Part shown: in pieces, positions 1-13,999 of the stretch
How positions within the stretch are numbered: the stretch's first letter is position 1
Layout of the letters: the number at the start of each line of letters is the position of its first letter
Assembly (NCBI RefSeq): GCF_006345805.1
Contig: NC_043010.1
Location: 57,970,001 to 58,034,000 of the forward strand
From: Octopus sinensis
Lineage: Eukaryota
Direction: 5' to 3'
DNA: 64,000 nt
Notes under the pieces: generated by a model
Seen by the model: only the letters and a program-made list of their open reading frames with translations
What the model was told of the DNA's origin: nothing
Databases searched by the model: none
Position numbers and translations under genes: made by a program

Positions 1-1190
1 CACCATAACTTATTTTCTATTGGTTTTGTTGTCATTTTATGCTGTAAGTTGGTCTATGATTGAGCTTGTATCAGCTGACCATCCCACAGTCTAGTCTTGA
101 ATTCTTGGCTCTTCTGCTGTCGTCGTTAGGAGTTTATTATTCAATGTCTTCTCTTTAATGTTTCGGTAGAGGGTCCCCTTATGCTTCTGATTGGCTTTTA
201 ATCGAAGATATTTTATTGGTAAATGTTCTTCATAAGCCTTGATGTGGATTCCTTCTATCATGAGAACCTGAACTTTTAATGAACTAAATTTCACTTTGTT
301 TTTATCTGCTCATTAATGAATGAGTTGAGCTCATTTTGGAGTGTGACAGTATCTTCTGGAGTTTGGATAGCCATCAATATCATTGGCATAACTCATTAGG
401 TTGGCTGAGTGCACTTGTGATTTTATACCTGAGAGGGAGATGATAAATAATAATGGTCCTAGAACCATTCCCTGAAGTATACCACTTATTAAAGGTGACT
501 TGGCAGAGAGAAAAGCATTTACAGCAACAGATTGACTCCTACTGTGCAGGAAGCCAAAGAGTCATTTTTTGGAGTTTTCCTGCAGTACCAAGACCCTTTA
601 ACTTAAGACAGATGGTTCCATGATCAATGTTGTCAAATGCTTTAGCCAAATCAAGGTATATGCAAGAGATTATTGAGAACAGTGTTATGCTGCTGGAATA
701 GTTGTGACAGGCAACTTTGTCCAGTCTGAAAACCATGTTGTGTTTCATCAAAGAGGCTGCTTTCTTCAAGATATGTAATTATTTTTTTAACAGACAATTC
801 AGTCGATAATTTTAGACGTATGAGATGTGAAAGAAACAGAATCTGTAGTTTTAAGCTTCAGCCCTACATACCTCCCTTCTGTAATGCGTGTTACTATTGC
901 TATACCATGCAGCTTTTCAAATAGTATCTTTAAGGGTTTTGCAAGGCTGTTCATGCACGTTTTTAACAGAATGGCTTGGAGATTGTCTGGTCCAGATGCT
1001 GAGTTTGAATCTGGTTCATTAATAGCCGTAAGTAGATCATCTTTCATAATATCATTAATTTTTGGATGTGTCTCTGCAGTTGGGTTCTGGGGATCAAACA
1101 TATGTACTATTTTGTGAAGCATAGGTTGGGAAAATGCACTGTTATACTGATGACTCAACAGTGTGCGTATTTGTGATGATTTATTGCTAT
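1..1190 (-). mobile_element. Decayed CR1-like LINE reverse transcriptase fragment
   Basis: Frameshifted minus ORFs: SASGPDNLQAILLKTCMNSLAKPLKILF, IYLDLAKAFDNIDHG..LKLKGLGTAGKL, KFSSLKVQVL; all are typical RT-domain motifs. Confidence 0.85.
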
Positions 1191-1198
1191 GTAGTCAA

Positions 1199-1505
1199 GG
1201 CACATGGCTTAGTGGTTAGGGCATTCAGCTCACGGTTGTAAGGTCATGAGTTCAATTCCCAGCGATACGATGTGTCCTTTATTTCACATTGCTCCAGTCC
1301 ACTCAGCTGGCAAAAGTGAGTAGTACCCATATTTCCAAGGGCCGGCCTTGTCACACTCTGTGTCATGGCTGAATCTCCCTGAGAACTATGATAAGGGTGC
1401 ACATGTCTGTGGAGTGTTCAGCCACTTGCATGTTTATATTTCACGAGCAAGCTGTTCCTTTGATCATATCAGCTGGGACCCTCGTCATCGTAACCAATGG
1501 AGTGA
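1199..1505 (+). mobile_element. tRNA-derived SINE, family A (body type 1)
   Basis: A-box tggcttagtgg and B-box gagttcaattccc; 3' half matches copies at 14309, 17896, 19515 and 41318. Confidence 0.85.
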
Positions 1506-1939
1506 TCCTTATTGCTATATGATCCAGTTTGATCTATTCAAGAGTCAGTCTGGTTATGTGGGGTTGATTTTTCTTTAGCAAAGTGAAAAAACAACTTAGG
1601 AATAGATTTTATATTTTCCGTTGCTCAGTGTTCCCTTAACAAAATTTCTTTTCCATGAGATATTGTTTTGGGTCCAGTTCAATGTTCTTTTATTTTCATA
1701 TATTTTTTTCTTTATTTCATCAGTTGAAAGTGTTTGATATTTTAGCTGCTTTGTTAGTTTGCTTTTGTTATGCATTAGTAGCCATCTATCTCACGGAATC
1801 AAGTCCTAGTAGGTAGAAGTGGGTTAATACGGGGCAAGCTTTCAACTGGCATGCCCCATATAAACATGCCTGACTGATTAGCTCTTTCTACAGAAACTGC
1901 ATTCAGGGAGACTTTTGAGTTCTGGACCAGCATTGCTAC

Positions 1940-2290
1940 TGTAAGGGATGTTTCTACTGTGGATTTGGTGGTGGCTTGGAGTCATGCTTTTAATAGGGAT
2001 CAAGTTCCTGGAAGAAGAGGGAAGGCACAGTCATGCTGTAGACGTAACTTTTCCAGTTGGGAACAGCAGCAGATTTTAGGATTCCAAGTTACACATGTAG
2101 AAGCTATTAAGTGTGATTTAGTATTTAGTGGTGGTGGTGGTGGTGTAAGATGTGTGGTTTGGTGTTGGCTTGTGTTGCTTATATGAATTGTGTCCCAGGT
2201 AAATGGGTGAAGTTGCGGTCACTGCATAGTCTCTTGGGTTGAAAATAGCAGCATATTTTGGGTGTTCATAAATTTTGTTTTATTTACGGT
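1940..2290 (-). mobile_element. CR1-like ORF1 remnant with CCCH-type zinc-finger motif
   Basis: Minus translation HPKICCYFQPKRLCSDRNFTHLPGT; homologous to 24355-24680 and 22800-22960. Confidence 0.65.
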
Positions 2291-2834
2291 TGCCAGATTT
2301 ATCGTGGAACTGTGAGGTGTACATTGAGACTGAGGTGGACAGTAAGGGGAAGACAGTAGTGATTCTTCACTAATTATAGTAGTAGCAGTAGCAGCAGCAG
2401 CAGACCACCTTTGTTGATTGTAAGCATGTTGTGTAGCCATGAGTCTGTGCAACAGTATAACATTGATATGTGGATGTGGAGGCAAAGAATACATGAATGT
2501 GTCTGAGTGGATGTGTTCAAATGGATGAAATGTGAGATCAGTGTACTTATAAAGAAGCAGGAAAAATTTACTGTATACTCACAGGTCTGTGATGATAGAG
2601 ACATGAAGGTTGTCGATAAAACTGCATCTGTCACAGAGTTTTAATACTAATCTTGAGGATTTTGCAGGCGCTGTTAATTTGTTATGTGCTTCTCCACACA
2701 ATATATAAAGTTATTTAAATTTTCAGTGCCAACTTTATTTCTTGATGATTACAAAATCATGAATTTTGAAAGTTTTTCATTTGACTAGCTGGGTTGCGTT
2801 GGCTTCTCTCTTTGGCTGCCCACTGGTCAAAGCT

Positions 2835-2955
2835 GGTACAAGGCCAGAAACTTTGGTAAGACGGACAGGTGATTACATCCACCCCCAATGTTCCAATGGT
2901 ACTTATTTTATTGGTCTCAAAAACGGATGAAAGGTAAAGCAGACTTCAGTAGAAG
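2835..2955 (-). mobile_element. SINE family D fragment
   Basis: acaaggcc..aaacttt..ggtacttattttattg..ggatgaaaggtaaag matches the 14000 and 62132 copies. Confidence 0.65.
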
Positions 2956-5344
2956 ATAATTTCTAAGTCATAATGGAAATTGTGGTACAACAGGCAACTA
3001 AAAGATTATATAGAGAATTGGAGGAAAGAGATGAGGTTGTACGATGGCAACAAGTCATCTGTTAGGAAGGGTGGTGGTCAAAATAAATGTAGTTGCTGTG
3101 AGAGAAGGGAGAGTTTTGATATTTTGGGTTGAAGGCTCATTATCAAGCAAGGCAAAAGATTGCTCTTTGTTTGGATATAAGCTTAACCATGGCAAATTCG
3201 ATTCTCTCTTCCCTTTCAGATTGAAATCCAGAACCTCTTTCCTTCGCTCCCACTAACTATGTTTAATTAAAGTACCAGAGTTAAGCCACCAGAGTTGAGC
3301 TAGCACAGATAATCTTCTACATTTTTTCAAGCTACCGTATTTAAGCTCCGATATTTCTTCTTCACTAAACAAACCCTGGGTTGTGATGGGTAACCTTTTA
3401 TCATACAATCTGCACAGAGAGTTTTGTTCTCATCAGCAGAAGTAACAACTCCCTCAACATTTTCTTCTCCATCTTTATTCTGGCTACTTTGTATTTGTAA
3501 CCTTCCTTCCATGTCTAATTACTTAACCAATGTAATGGAACGTATCACCTTCTCTTAGGTTTAACTGATCCTGTACAATATCTGTATAGCTTTGTTAAGC
3601 TATACACCAACAAACTAGTGCAGACGAGAATACATTTACCAAAGGTTTATTTCTTTAGGTATTTTAGGGCTTAAGTTGTCAGTTATTTTTCTATCGTTCA
3701 CTCAGATTCGTTCCACGCTCACTGTTGACATTCTTCGGTTTCCATTCTCCTCTCGGAAGTCCCTTTCTTTCCTGCTGACCAACTTCCTAGCTAACCCACA
3801 GCAAAGTACCTGTCTACAGTTCATCTGCCACAAATCCTTCCCTACATCTGCCCAATACAAACTCTTCTCTCTCTCTCCCTCCTTTTGACCTATCTCTGAT
3901 CCCAATACTTGTACAACCATACTTGACATTGCTTACACAATAAAAAGATCTGATTACTCCTTTTCCCACCCCTCCACAATACAGTACAGTTTTATGTTCT
4001 TTGTCTTCACTGGCTTTACTTCCAGAGCCAGGGGGGATGGTCATGTGGATTTGAGCTGTAGTAATCTGGTATGTGAATAAAGTACAAAGTCCATCTTAGA
4101 TTTTTACAAGAGGTCCTACAGGATTATGCATGGAAATTATGGGTACAAGTGTGCCATAGAGATATATAGTCTTGCTTTAGACTTTATTAATACCACATAT
4201 AGTCAACAGGACTTCATCATTTATTAACACCATATATGGTCAAGAGGACTTCATTGCTCAGTGTTGGACAGTTTTCCTTTAGGAACTCACACGGTTACTG
4301 GAGTGCATATGTCTACAATTGTACACTCACAGCACAACATCTAAATATGCACATCAAGTGATATAATCGTTCATATCCTTATCTCATGTCCAAGTGGCTA
4401 AGGTTTCGATTCTCTATGTGGAGCCTTGGTTTTGAACTGGGAGAGTGTTGAAATTTAATGGTCACTTTAATTACTTTAGGACATCATCCATAAACTCTGG
4501 ACTGGACAGTCTCTTCCTATAACCACTACTGTAATGGCCTCTGCTCCTTCAGACCTACCCACTGTAAACTTCACAACTGATCTACAGCACCACTATGTCA
4601 TTATACCAAACACCCATAAAAGAAATGACCCACCACTGCCACCACCACCACTCAGTTATATAGGGATCCTAGAAAGGTCTGGAAAAGTTATAGACTTGCT
4701 TTTATTCTCCACTTAATACATACACAACCACACAGGCACACACACACACACACATGTCTGAGTGTGTTTGTATCCATACAAAGGCATTTACGTTATACAT
4801 ACATATATACTCAGATTACACATAGATACATGTCACAATATAGATAGACGTCATGAAACATTACATATAGATACAAAAAGATACACTCATACACACACAA
4901 ACAGACAGATATTGAATTAGATAGATAGATAGATAGATTACCTCAGGGAGTCTAGTGTCTGGTAAATAACATTAAATCTATAACTTCACCGAGGAGGCCT
5001 AGTGAGGCAGGAACCTGGCATTGTATTTACAAAAAAAGACCCTACCACCACTAGATGTCTCTGTTAAATTTTTTATAAATTTGGAGTTCAGGATTGTTTC
5101 CCTTGTCATTCTTGACAAGAATTATCATTAACACTAATGATTTTTTTTACATTACAGGTGTAATAGAAATTGATTAAATACTATCCCTGGCCAACTACTT
5201 TATATATGCATGTTATTGAACAGTTAATTGTGTGTGTGTGTACATATATATATATATATAAAAGTGCGTCATTCAGATAATTTATACACAAAGCATAATG
5301 TGTGTCTGGGTAGGAAGGGCTATGAATCATTGCTGCTGGAGATG

Positions 5345-5540
5345 GTGGGCAGCAGCTCAACCTGTTAGAAATAGCAGTCAAATCTGCATACAAATTTCAA
5401 ATGATCATGAGTGAAAAGACAAACACATTGGACAATGTAGTCCAGGTGGATTGTGCCAGAGTAAAAGACAAGGAGGTCATGGCTGGAATCCTCAGATCAT
5501 AAGCTTACTTGATCTAGCCTTGACCTGGCATTGAAAAACA
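5345..5540 (+). repeat. Dispersed repeat family G (retroposon 3'-end-like, (AAC)n tail)
   Basis: gttagaaatagcagtcaaatc..acattggacaatgtagtcc..gtcatggctggaat..gatcata..tgacctgg; also at ~8090-8280, 8830-9015, 13103-13770, 14925-15075, 33680-33855(-), 44170-44370(-), 48400-48560. Confidence 0.75.
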
Positions 5541-5573
5541 ACACATCATACAATGCATGTAACGTGCAAACTG

Positions 5574-5576
<3 letters not shown>

Positions 5577-5629
<53 letters not shown>
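5577..5629. repeat. (TA)n microsatellite (one of many)
   Basis: Perfect TA run; similar runs at 9772-9850, 27335-27366, 36255-36291, 38365-38400, 46783-46817 and elsewhere. Confidence 0.95.
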
Positions 5630-5630
<1 letters not shown>

Positions 5631-6430
5631 GCATGCACACACAGTCGAACACATACATATGCATATACATGCAATACCCCACTCCACACAGAAACACAAG
5701 AGATTTGACACAGTAAAACAACAACGAACTCCTTAAACCAGCAGAAACAGCCATATATACATAAACACGCACACAGCCAAGTACATCGAAACACATGTAG
5801 CATACTTGGTGTATACAGACACTAACACACACGGATACATCTCTGTATCGCCATATATACATCCACAAAACACTGTGCAGTCACATGCTATCACAGGTCT
5901 CTCCGTTCAATAACGACTTCCTCATTCTACACTCACCTACACAGCGTGTATGTGCGTGTGTGTATACACAAGCCTATATAAATATATATCTTTATACATA
6001 CACTGCATTGTACATATATAACATATATACATAAAACACACAATGTATATATTTACTATATACAGATACAAATATTAAACCAAGGCACGACACAAACACA
6101 CTCTACGTTCATAGTCATAGAAGAAAACATACACACAGCATATGCATAGAATGCAGTTACACTCTGCATTACACACCCAAATGTACACCTACTGTCTATA
6201 TACATCATCAAAGATTTCCTCTTCACTATTCACAATACTCCATCTTTATTCGCACCCATTATATAAAGAAATGTGTGTGTGAGTGTGTGTACACATATAT
6301 ACCTGTATGTATGTATATACAAACCTGTTAGCAGACAATATAGCATCAAGGGTCTTTCCATTCATCACCCTATTTCATCCCCCCACACATATATATGCAC
6401 ATATATACATATATATGCACATGCGTACAC

Positions 6431-6466
<36 letters not shown>

Positions 6467-9400
6467 AAAGATAGATAGATAGATAGAGAGAGATAGGCAG
6501 ACAGAGAGACAGACTAACAGACAGACAAACTGATAGAGAGATAGATAAATAGAGAGAAAGATAGAGAGAGATTGATTGATTGATTGAAGTCTTCTATCTT
6601 TACTCTATCAGACGATATTCCACTACAACCACCGTCACCACCACCCCCACCACCACCACCAGCAACATGACATCCAGTGGTACTACTACCACCAGTGCCA
6701 CATCCAGCGGCACCACCACCACCACCACCACCACCACTGCTATCACTACTACTACTACTACCGCTACCACTACCACTACCACCAGTACCAAAGACACCAG
6801 TTCCTGCAGAATTAATTACAATACACTCTGTTCTCTCTGAAACAATATCTACCCCCCACCACCCCCACCACCTCTTTCCTCCTCCTCCCCCCCTCCTCGC
6901 TAGTTCTTCCTATGTTATCCGTCTATTTGTCTATTGATTCTGTTTATTGATTTATCTACCAATGTCTGTCTGTCCGTCCGTCCGTTCTTCCATTCATTCA
7001 GTCTCTCTCTCTCTCTCTCTCTCCATCCATCTCTACATTCTTCTCTCCATCCACTTGTTTCTCTATTTCCCATCAACTTATTCATCTTCCCATCTACGGA
7101 CTCCTCACATATCTATCACTCACTCCATCCATCCATCTAGCCATGGAGTTTGCTCTCTCTCCCCCCCACTACTCTCTCTCTCTCTATATATATATATATA
7201 TTTATACACTCATATCCATCTATATATCTACTGACCTACATACATTCTCTCTCTCTCTCTCTCTCTCTGTCTGCCTCTCTATCAGTCTCTCCATCTACCC
7301 CACCCCCCACACACACCTGTTTATCAATCCACTCCAGTCTCCTTCCATTCATTCTATTATCTTTCTTATCCAACCAACAATATTACTGTGGCAGGATCTA
7401 CCATATCCATTGCTAAAACCATACACACGTGTATGTATATATGGATATACATACACACACACACACACAATGTACACATTAAGCAATGCATATACGCCTA
7501 CACAACATACACAGCACATACACACAGATCGGCTAAACACAACTTATGAATACACACACCACCACTCACACACACACACACACCACCACTCACACACACA
7601 CACACACTACCTCGTCTTCTTCTTCTTCTGACTCCTCCTCCCCTTCTTGTTATCCCATCAACAACAGCAAAGACTATGGCAGCCAACGATAGCAGCCACA
7701 GGACTACGGCAACAACAAGAGTGAAGGACAACTGTAGTAGTAGTAGTAGTAGTAGTGGTAGTCTTCATCATCATAGTGGTATGGCAGTGGTGGTAGTTGC
7801 CATAGTGACGATAGCATTGTAGTGGTTCTTGTAGTAGTAGTAGGAAGAGCAGTTTTGACAATAGAAACAGTAGTATAGGCACGCTCCCACCACTATAGTA
7901 GTGCTATCACAGTAACACTACCACTAAGCCGTCACCACTAGAATAACAAGCTTGCTAGCACAAACAGCAATACTAGCACTGCAGCAGCAACACTACGACA
8001 CCACCACTACTACCACAACACAACAACCATACCTCTATCTGAATACCACCACCAACAGCAACACCACATAAGCCATCAAGGGAGCCACTATGTGGGCACT
8101 TGATATGTTAAAGATAACAGCTAAGTTTCCCTCAAAACCTCATGTTGTCATTGTAAAGATTATATTAGGGAATGTAGTGTGATGTACAAGTATGTCTGAA
8201 AAACTGATGGGATGGGATGGTTATGGCTGGAATGCCTTTGACCAGGGTAGACTTGGGCTTCTGCAATAACTAAAACAGCTGTAACTCTGCTGACAACCAC
8301 TACCACCAGCGCCTATACCATTAACATTGCAACAAGCAGTAAACCTGCATTGGTTGGTTGATGCTACATGAGAAACATGCAATGGTGCCACCTTTGATAA
8401 AGGAGTATGACCTGGTAGCAGGTACCCTGATTGTTTTAGGGGTCTTTAGAGATCTATGTAGTCACAAATAGACAGAAACATCCTCTTGGCCTGCTTACAA
8501 CTTGATCAGGCAAAACATACAGGATGTGACAGACGGAGGAGGGATGGAACTGCACCAGCACTTGGGTGGTTCTCTCTTACAGCTGAGTAGACTGGGGCAA
8601 TATAAAATGAAGAGTTTTACTCAGAGGCAGTAACCCTATCTAACTCAGGAATTGAACTGACAACTTCTACATAAAGATAGTTGTGTGATGATGTTCCATA
8701 ATATAAACTAAAGAGGGCTTTGGGGGAAGCCCTGATTTTCCAATGAAGGGCCAAACCACCCCAGCAGGTTAATGTGTGCATACATACATACATGTATGCA
8801 TATACATTAGACATTTAATACTGAACTGATAAGGGAGTCATCTGACCTGGTGGTTATAGCAGCTAAATTTCCCTCACCCCCTTCACTATTGTTTTATAAA
8901 AGAGAAAAGATACATTAGCTAATGTGGTCAAAGATACCCCTTCAAAACAAGATGGCTTCATCAGGATTGTCTTTGAGCATCGGTCTGCTGAATTCAGGCT
9001 GACCTGGTGTTAAATAACATATGACGAGATGACCCGATGTGATGTGGCTGGACACAGACTAAAGCTACCTCAACATTGTGGTGTTGTTATTTATGGCAGA
9101 TGTGTGTGTGTGTGTGTGTGAGAGAGTGACATATGTATTGCAGTGTGCATAGGATATTTTCAGCAGGAATACATGTGTCAGTATGTTTAAACTTATATCT
9201 ATGCATGTTAGTTCATGTTTCATGTATAATATATACATTGATTTGTACACATTGATATGTATGTATATGTACATACATGTATTATATATACATACATGTA
9301 TTATATACACACACATGCATACACATATATATTGAACTGAGTTAGATGAATGGGGATGGAGTTCATCTCAAGTCTTGGGTTTCATGCTACTGAGATCTTT

Positions 9401-9768
9401 AGGTGAGAACTGTTACAACTTGGTTTGGTGGAATATATACATGTATGTATGTATAATTTAAAAGTGCAGTGAAAAGCACAACACCTTACCAAAATGCTGG
9501 GGTTCAGTAAATAGCTGCCCACCTCACTCCTATGTAACACACATTTTGGCAACAATCATCACATTGCATGATAGGCTAGTATGCAGAGGTTGGACCATTT
9601 TACATTAATAAGAAATGCAGAAAATGCAATTTGTGTTTTTAAGCTTTATAAAGTGTACTGCAAGCTGATTACTGCTTTATGCAAGCCACTTGGCCAGTTG
9701 CATAGTCTAGTTTGTTGGCTGTCTCAGTTTTAGCAGCAAAAAAATACAATACAATGTCTGTTGCTTGT

Positions 9769-9850
<82 letters not shown>

Positions 9851-9854
<4 letters not shown>

Positions 9855-10033
9855 CGTAAAAAGCACCCACTACACTCACGGAGTGGTTGGCGTTAGGAAG
9901 GGCATCCAGCTGTAGAAACACTGCCAGATAAGACTGGAGCCTGGTGCAGCCTTCTGGCTTCCCAGTCGAACCGTCCAACCCATGCTAGCATGGAGAACGG
10001 ACGTTAAACGATGATGATGATGATGATGATGAT
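9851..10033 (+). mobile_element. Family C: RTE-type retroposon 3' end with (GAT)n tail
   Basis: ggcacgtaaaaagcacc..gttggcgttaggaagggcatccagc..ccaacccatgctagcatgg..acgttaaacgatgatgatg; other copies at 20305-20474, 25476-25520, 25900-26094, 28678-28870(-), 36292-36621. Confidence 0.85.
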
Positions 10034-11763
10034 ATATATATATATCCCAAGCAAAGAGACTGTGGGTAAGCGAGGTGGCATAGAAGAATAATGTGTGATA
10101 GATGGTGAGATGAGTGGAGGGCATTGAAGAGGTATAGAAGAGAAGGCAAAAGAGAGGGCAATGATAGAAACAAGTGTGTCCACACATATTGCATATCTAT
10201 ACAGAGTTGAGAGGAAAGACCACTAACAAGTGGGCCTTGGGTCAATCTGTTAGCAATCATAGCAACAATAAGTTGCAGTGGTATGTATCAAAGTGTAATA
10301 GCAGAATAGTAGATTTTTCCTCCTTGAGATTCCTATGGTATTTGGGTCAAACTACTTCCCATGTAGCAAAGACCACTTTCAACCAGTGTCCTTTTAATTA
10401 GGTTTATCATTGCCTTTCCCCGCTTCTCCTCTATGCCTGCTATCTTAACACTCTCCTAGTATCTCACCTTCTATTCTGTTGTATCAACTTGCTTCCCCAC
10501 AATATCCATAATATTGTATTTTTTATTGGCAATACTGAAGAAGTGTTCCAGTCAGATTGTGCAACAGACCAACAGGGTTGTGTAATAATGACAATCATCT
10601 TAGGGAAATGGGTAATATGTTATATAAAGCTTAAAAACACCAGATATATATTCTGTGTCTCTTATTTTATATATATATATTTATATATATATACAATTAT
10701 TCATCTTTATTTTGTCATTATGTGAGGTATCCATTTGAATATTTTGACAGAATACAAAGAGTTAGAGGACCAGGTCTCGCATGGCATACATCTGTGTATG
10801 CTATTATTTATAGACATATGTGTTTCAAGATCCAATTCCAAAAACGAATTTTACTTACATGCCTACATGATATGCAAGATGTTTGTGAATAAATTTAGGT
10901 GAACCATAAATGAAAGAAAAGCTCAATGAAAGGTATATGGAAAGATGGAAAATTTCAACTTTCCAGTTTCTCTCAGACATATCAACAGCACCAATAAGAC
11001 AGCATCTTAGAACACTGGCATTAATTGCTAACAATTGGATTCAAAGATGGCCAATTTCCTTGAATTGCCTGGGTCGTTCATGGTGGGGAAAGTACTAGAG
11101 GCCTCAGGTAGGGATGAGGGATCTGTGACCACAATGTTGTCAAGGTAGCCAAGTTCGCCTGGCAGGTTACCCAGTAGGCACAAACTCAAGATGACAATGT
11201 CTACTATCATATATGTGTGTTTAGTTTATGCTGAGGGTCATGTGATCTACGGCTAGCTCTACGGCTGGATCCTCTGGGTTGGTGTATGTGGAGTATGATC
11301 AAAGGGACCAGCCAGTGGCCTCACAGTCCCAAGGCAACATTAGGAGCTGCAGTTATAATTGTGGTGGGCATCATAGGCAAGGCTCACCTTACCCTGACAT
11401 GCAGTTTCTTCTATGTCTCAATCTGGGCCATCAATCAATCCAAAGACAGTTTTTGCCAATGGCTTGTTTCTTTGATCTGCTTTCACCTGTCTATCATTTC
11501 TTTGGGAATGTCTACTTTTGTTTATACTTTTTTTTGTTTACTATTTGTTGACTTTTTTGTTTCTTGTGCCTGTGTTTTCTCTTGGTTGCCTGCCAGGCCC
11601 ACCCTGTGCCGTTAATACGTACCAGTAACATAATGATGCAGAATGTGTGTGTGTGTGGTGATTCTGTTTATTTATTATAATTTTATAGGGTTGTATGGCT
11701 TACATTACTTACTTCCTTTCTTCTAGGAGCTGAGGTCAATTTTTGGTTAAATCATTCTATTCA

Positions 11764-12148
11764 CAGGCATGGCTGCATGGTAAGAAGCCTGCTTCCCAAC
11801 CTCATGGTTCTGGGTTCGGTCCCACTGCGTGACACCTTGGGCAAGTGTCTTCTACTATAGCCTCAGGCTGACCAAAGCCTTGTGAATGGATTTGGCAGAT
11901 GGAAACTAAAAGCTTGTTGTACATATATGTCTGTGTGTGTGTGTGTGTGTCTGTATTTGTTACCTACTACCACTTGACAACCGGTGTTGGTGTGTTTACA
12001 TCCCCATAACATAGTGGTTCAGCTAAAGAGACTGATAGAATTAAAAAAGCAAGTACTGGAGTTGATTAGTCCAACTAAAATTCTTCAAGGTGATGCCCCA
12101 GCATGGCCAGTTTAACAACTGGAGTAAATAAAAGATAATAGATAAATT
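11764..12148 (+). mobile_element. tRNA-derived SINE, family B (internal (TG)n, CR1-like tail)
   Basis: tggctgcatggtaag (A-box-like) and gggttcggtccc (B-box); tail ggtgatgccccagcatggcc..gtaaataaaagataa; fragments at 22500-22600(-) and 51345-51482. Confidence 0.8.
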
Positions 12149-12229
12149 AAGTACCAGTGATACACTGAGGTCAGTTGAACTCTGCCCCTATCTAACAGTT
12201 GTGCAGGTTCATGGTTACACAATGTAAAC

Positions 12230-12520
12230 ATTATGTTTGTGTAACACAATGTACAGTTACACTAATTGTGTGACAGTATGTACCACAATAAGCAATTACT
12301 CCACAGAAACGCTGTTTGGTAGTGTGTATCACACAGTATACACTGTCATCATGGAAACATTGTGTAACAGTATGTGTGACAGAAGGTACAGTTACACGTC
12401 AATGCTGTACAGTAGTGTGTAACAATATGTGACAGAATTTACGATGTAACATGCAGTTTACCCTCGTATCTGTGACACAATGTGCTGTCACACCACGTAA
12501 ACACTATGTGACAGTGGCAC
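12230..12520. repeat. Degenerate minisatellite rich in TGTAACA/TGTGACAG
   Basis: Recurrent tgtaaca, gttaca and tgtgacag motifs over ~290 bp. Confidence 0.55.
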
Positions 12521-13102
12521 TAGGTAGTTACAAAAATTTCTCTCTGATCTGATCTCCACAATCACATCAGGTGAAGCCACTAAATCACATTCTCTCCTCC
12601 CTCCCCCCTAAAAAAAACCCCTTTAAAACCAGTGTTACCAACCTCCCCAGCCCTCATCTTATTCCTTCACCATCATCTTAATTAATTCTTGTTAATTAGC
12701 TTCAAATAACGAACTGTTTCTAAATAGCGACAACTCCAACAGTCTTAAAGAAAAAACTCTGATTTTCAAAAGTCATCACTTCCACTACAACTACAACACT
12801 GTAACCCTTACTACACAACTAAATCTACCACTACATCACTACCCCCTCTACTGCAATATTGTCTCCCACCACACCACTGCAGTCACCAACACACCATTAC
12901 AGTCATTTGTCCACAACTACACGAAATACCACAATACTACAACCATTACCTTGCCACTACATTGACCACTACACTACTACAGCCAACACCACACTATGAC
13001 ACAACTATCACCACTGTAGAACTGCAACCAATATATTAGTAAGTTAAGCATGGTTACCACTACTGATAAATTATAACAAGTGACGGAGCCTCTACACAAA
13101 CA

Positions 13103-13770
13103 AGAAATAGCAGCCAAATCTCCACTGAATTGCACTCATCGTCTTTAAAAAGGGAAGGACACATTGGATGATGGTGTGATGACATATTATGTTAGTTAGT
13201 TACAGTTGGAATGTCATTTATCCCAAAGTCAGTAGAGGCTGACCTGGGGCTAAAGTACCATCACCACCACCACCAACACCAATAAGAAAGGGAACCTTAT
13301 TGGGATCACTGGACTTGTTAGAAATAACAGTCAAATCTCCCTCAAAATCATACTCCATAGTCTCAACCTATGAGGGACACATTGGATAATATAGTCTTAG
13401 ATACACAATGTCTGAACAAAAGACAGAATAGTTACAACTAGAAAAGATTCGATGACAGGTATGCTGGATCAGTGCTGACCTTGGGCTAAACAACTAGAAG
13501 ACACATTAAATAGTATAGTCCTAGATACACTAATGTCTGAACAGAAAACAAACTGGATACAGGCAGGATTGTCATGACTAGAAGAACCTTAGATCATAGA
13601 TCTGTTGGATCCTGACCTACCTTGGGCTAAACAACAACCAGGTTGGTTACATTAGATAATGTACTCCTAGATATACTGTGACTAAATAAAAAAATGAGAT
13701 GGCTGTGTTTGGAATACCTTTGATTACAGATCTGTTGGACCAGGGCTGACCAGGGGTTAAACATCATCAT
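13103..13770 (+). repeat. Four head-to-tail copies of family G
   Basis: Four units each ending (g)ctgacc..gggctaaac/ggttaaac, at ~13245, 13480, 13625 and 13755. Confidence 0.75.
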
Positions 13771-13999
13771 GAATGACAGATCATTCACACTATCCTTCTG
13801 CCCAGAATCACTCCCACTGGAAATCATATTTTCATTGGAAACATCACCATTGGCATAAACAAGAGTCATTGGGTGGATGGGTGGGGGTTTAGACAATAGT
13901 AACAACAACAACAAGATTAACAACATAACAAGAACGAGAATGATGACAGTAATAACATCAGAAATATAAACCATAAAACTGCTAAGGAGTTTCTTTTCT

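Noticed and set aside
1199-1265. tRNA gene candidates at SINE heads (also 41325, 19790-19843, 11764)
   Set aside because: A/B boxes are present but there is no complete cloverleaf, and each continues into a repeated SINE body.
6580-8060. Thr/Pro/Val/His-rich ORFs resembling mucins or TM proteins (also 32424-33354, 38700-39870, 44370-44860)
   Set aside because: Derived from ACC/ACT/GGT/GAT trinucleotide repeats; open on both strands with no splice or domain support.
10910-11600. Possible Tx1/L1-like or other LINE remnants (also 3000-4300, 20540-20830, 36860-37870, 50720-51300)
   Set aside because: Composition suggests decayed retroelements, but no diagnostic motif could be read with confidence.
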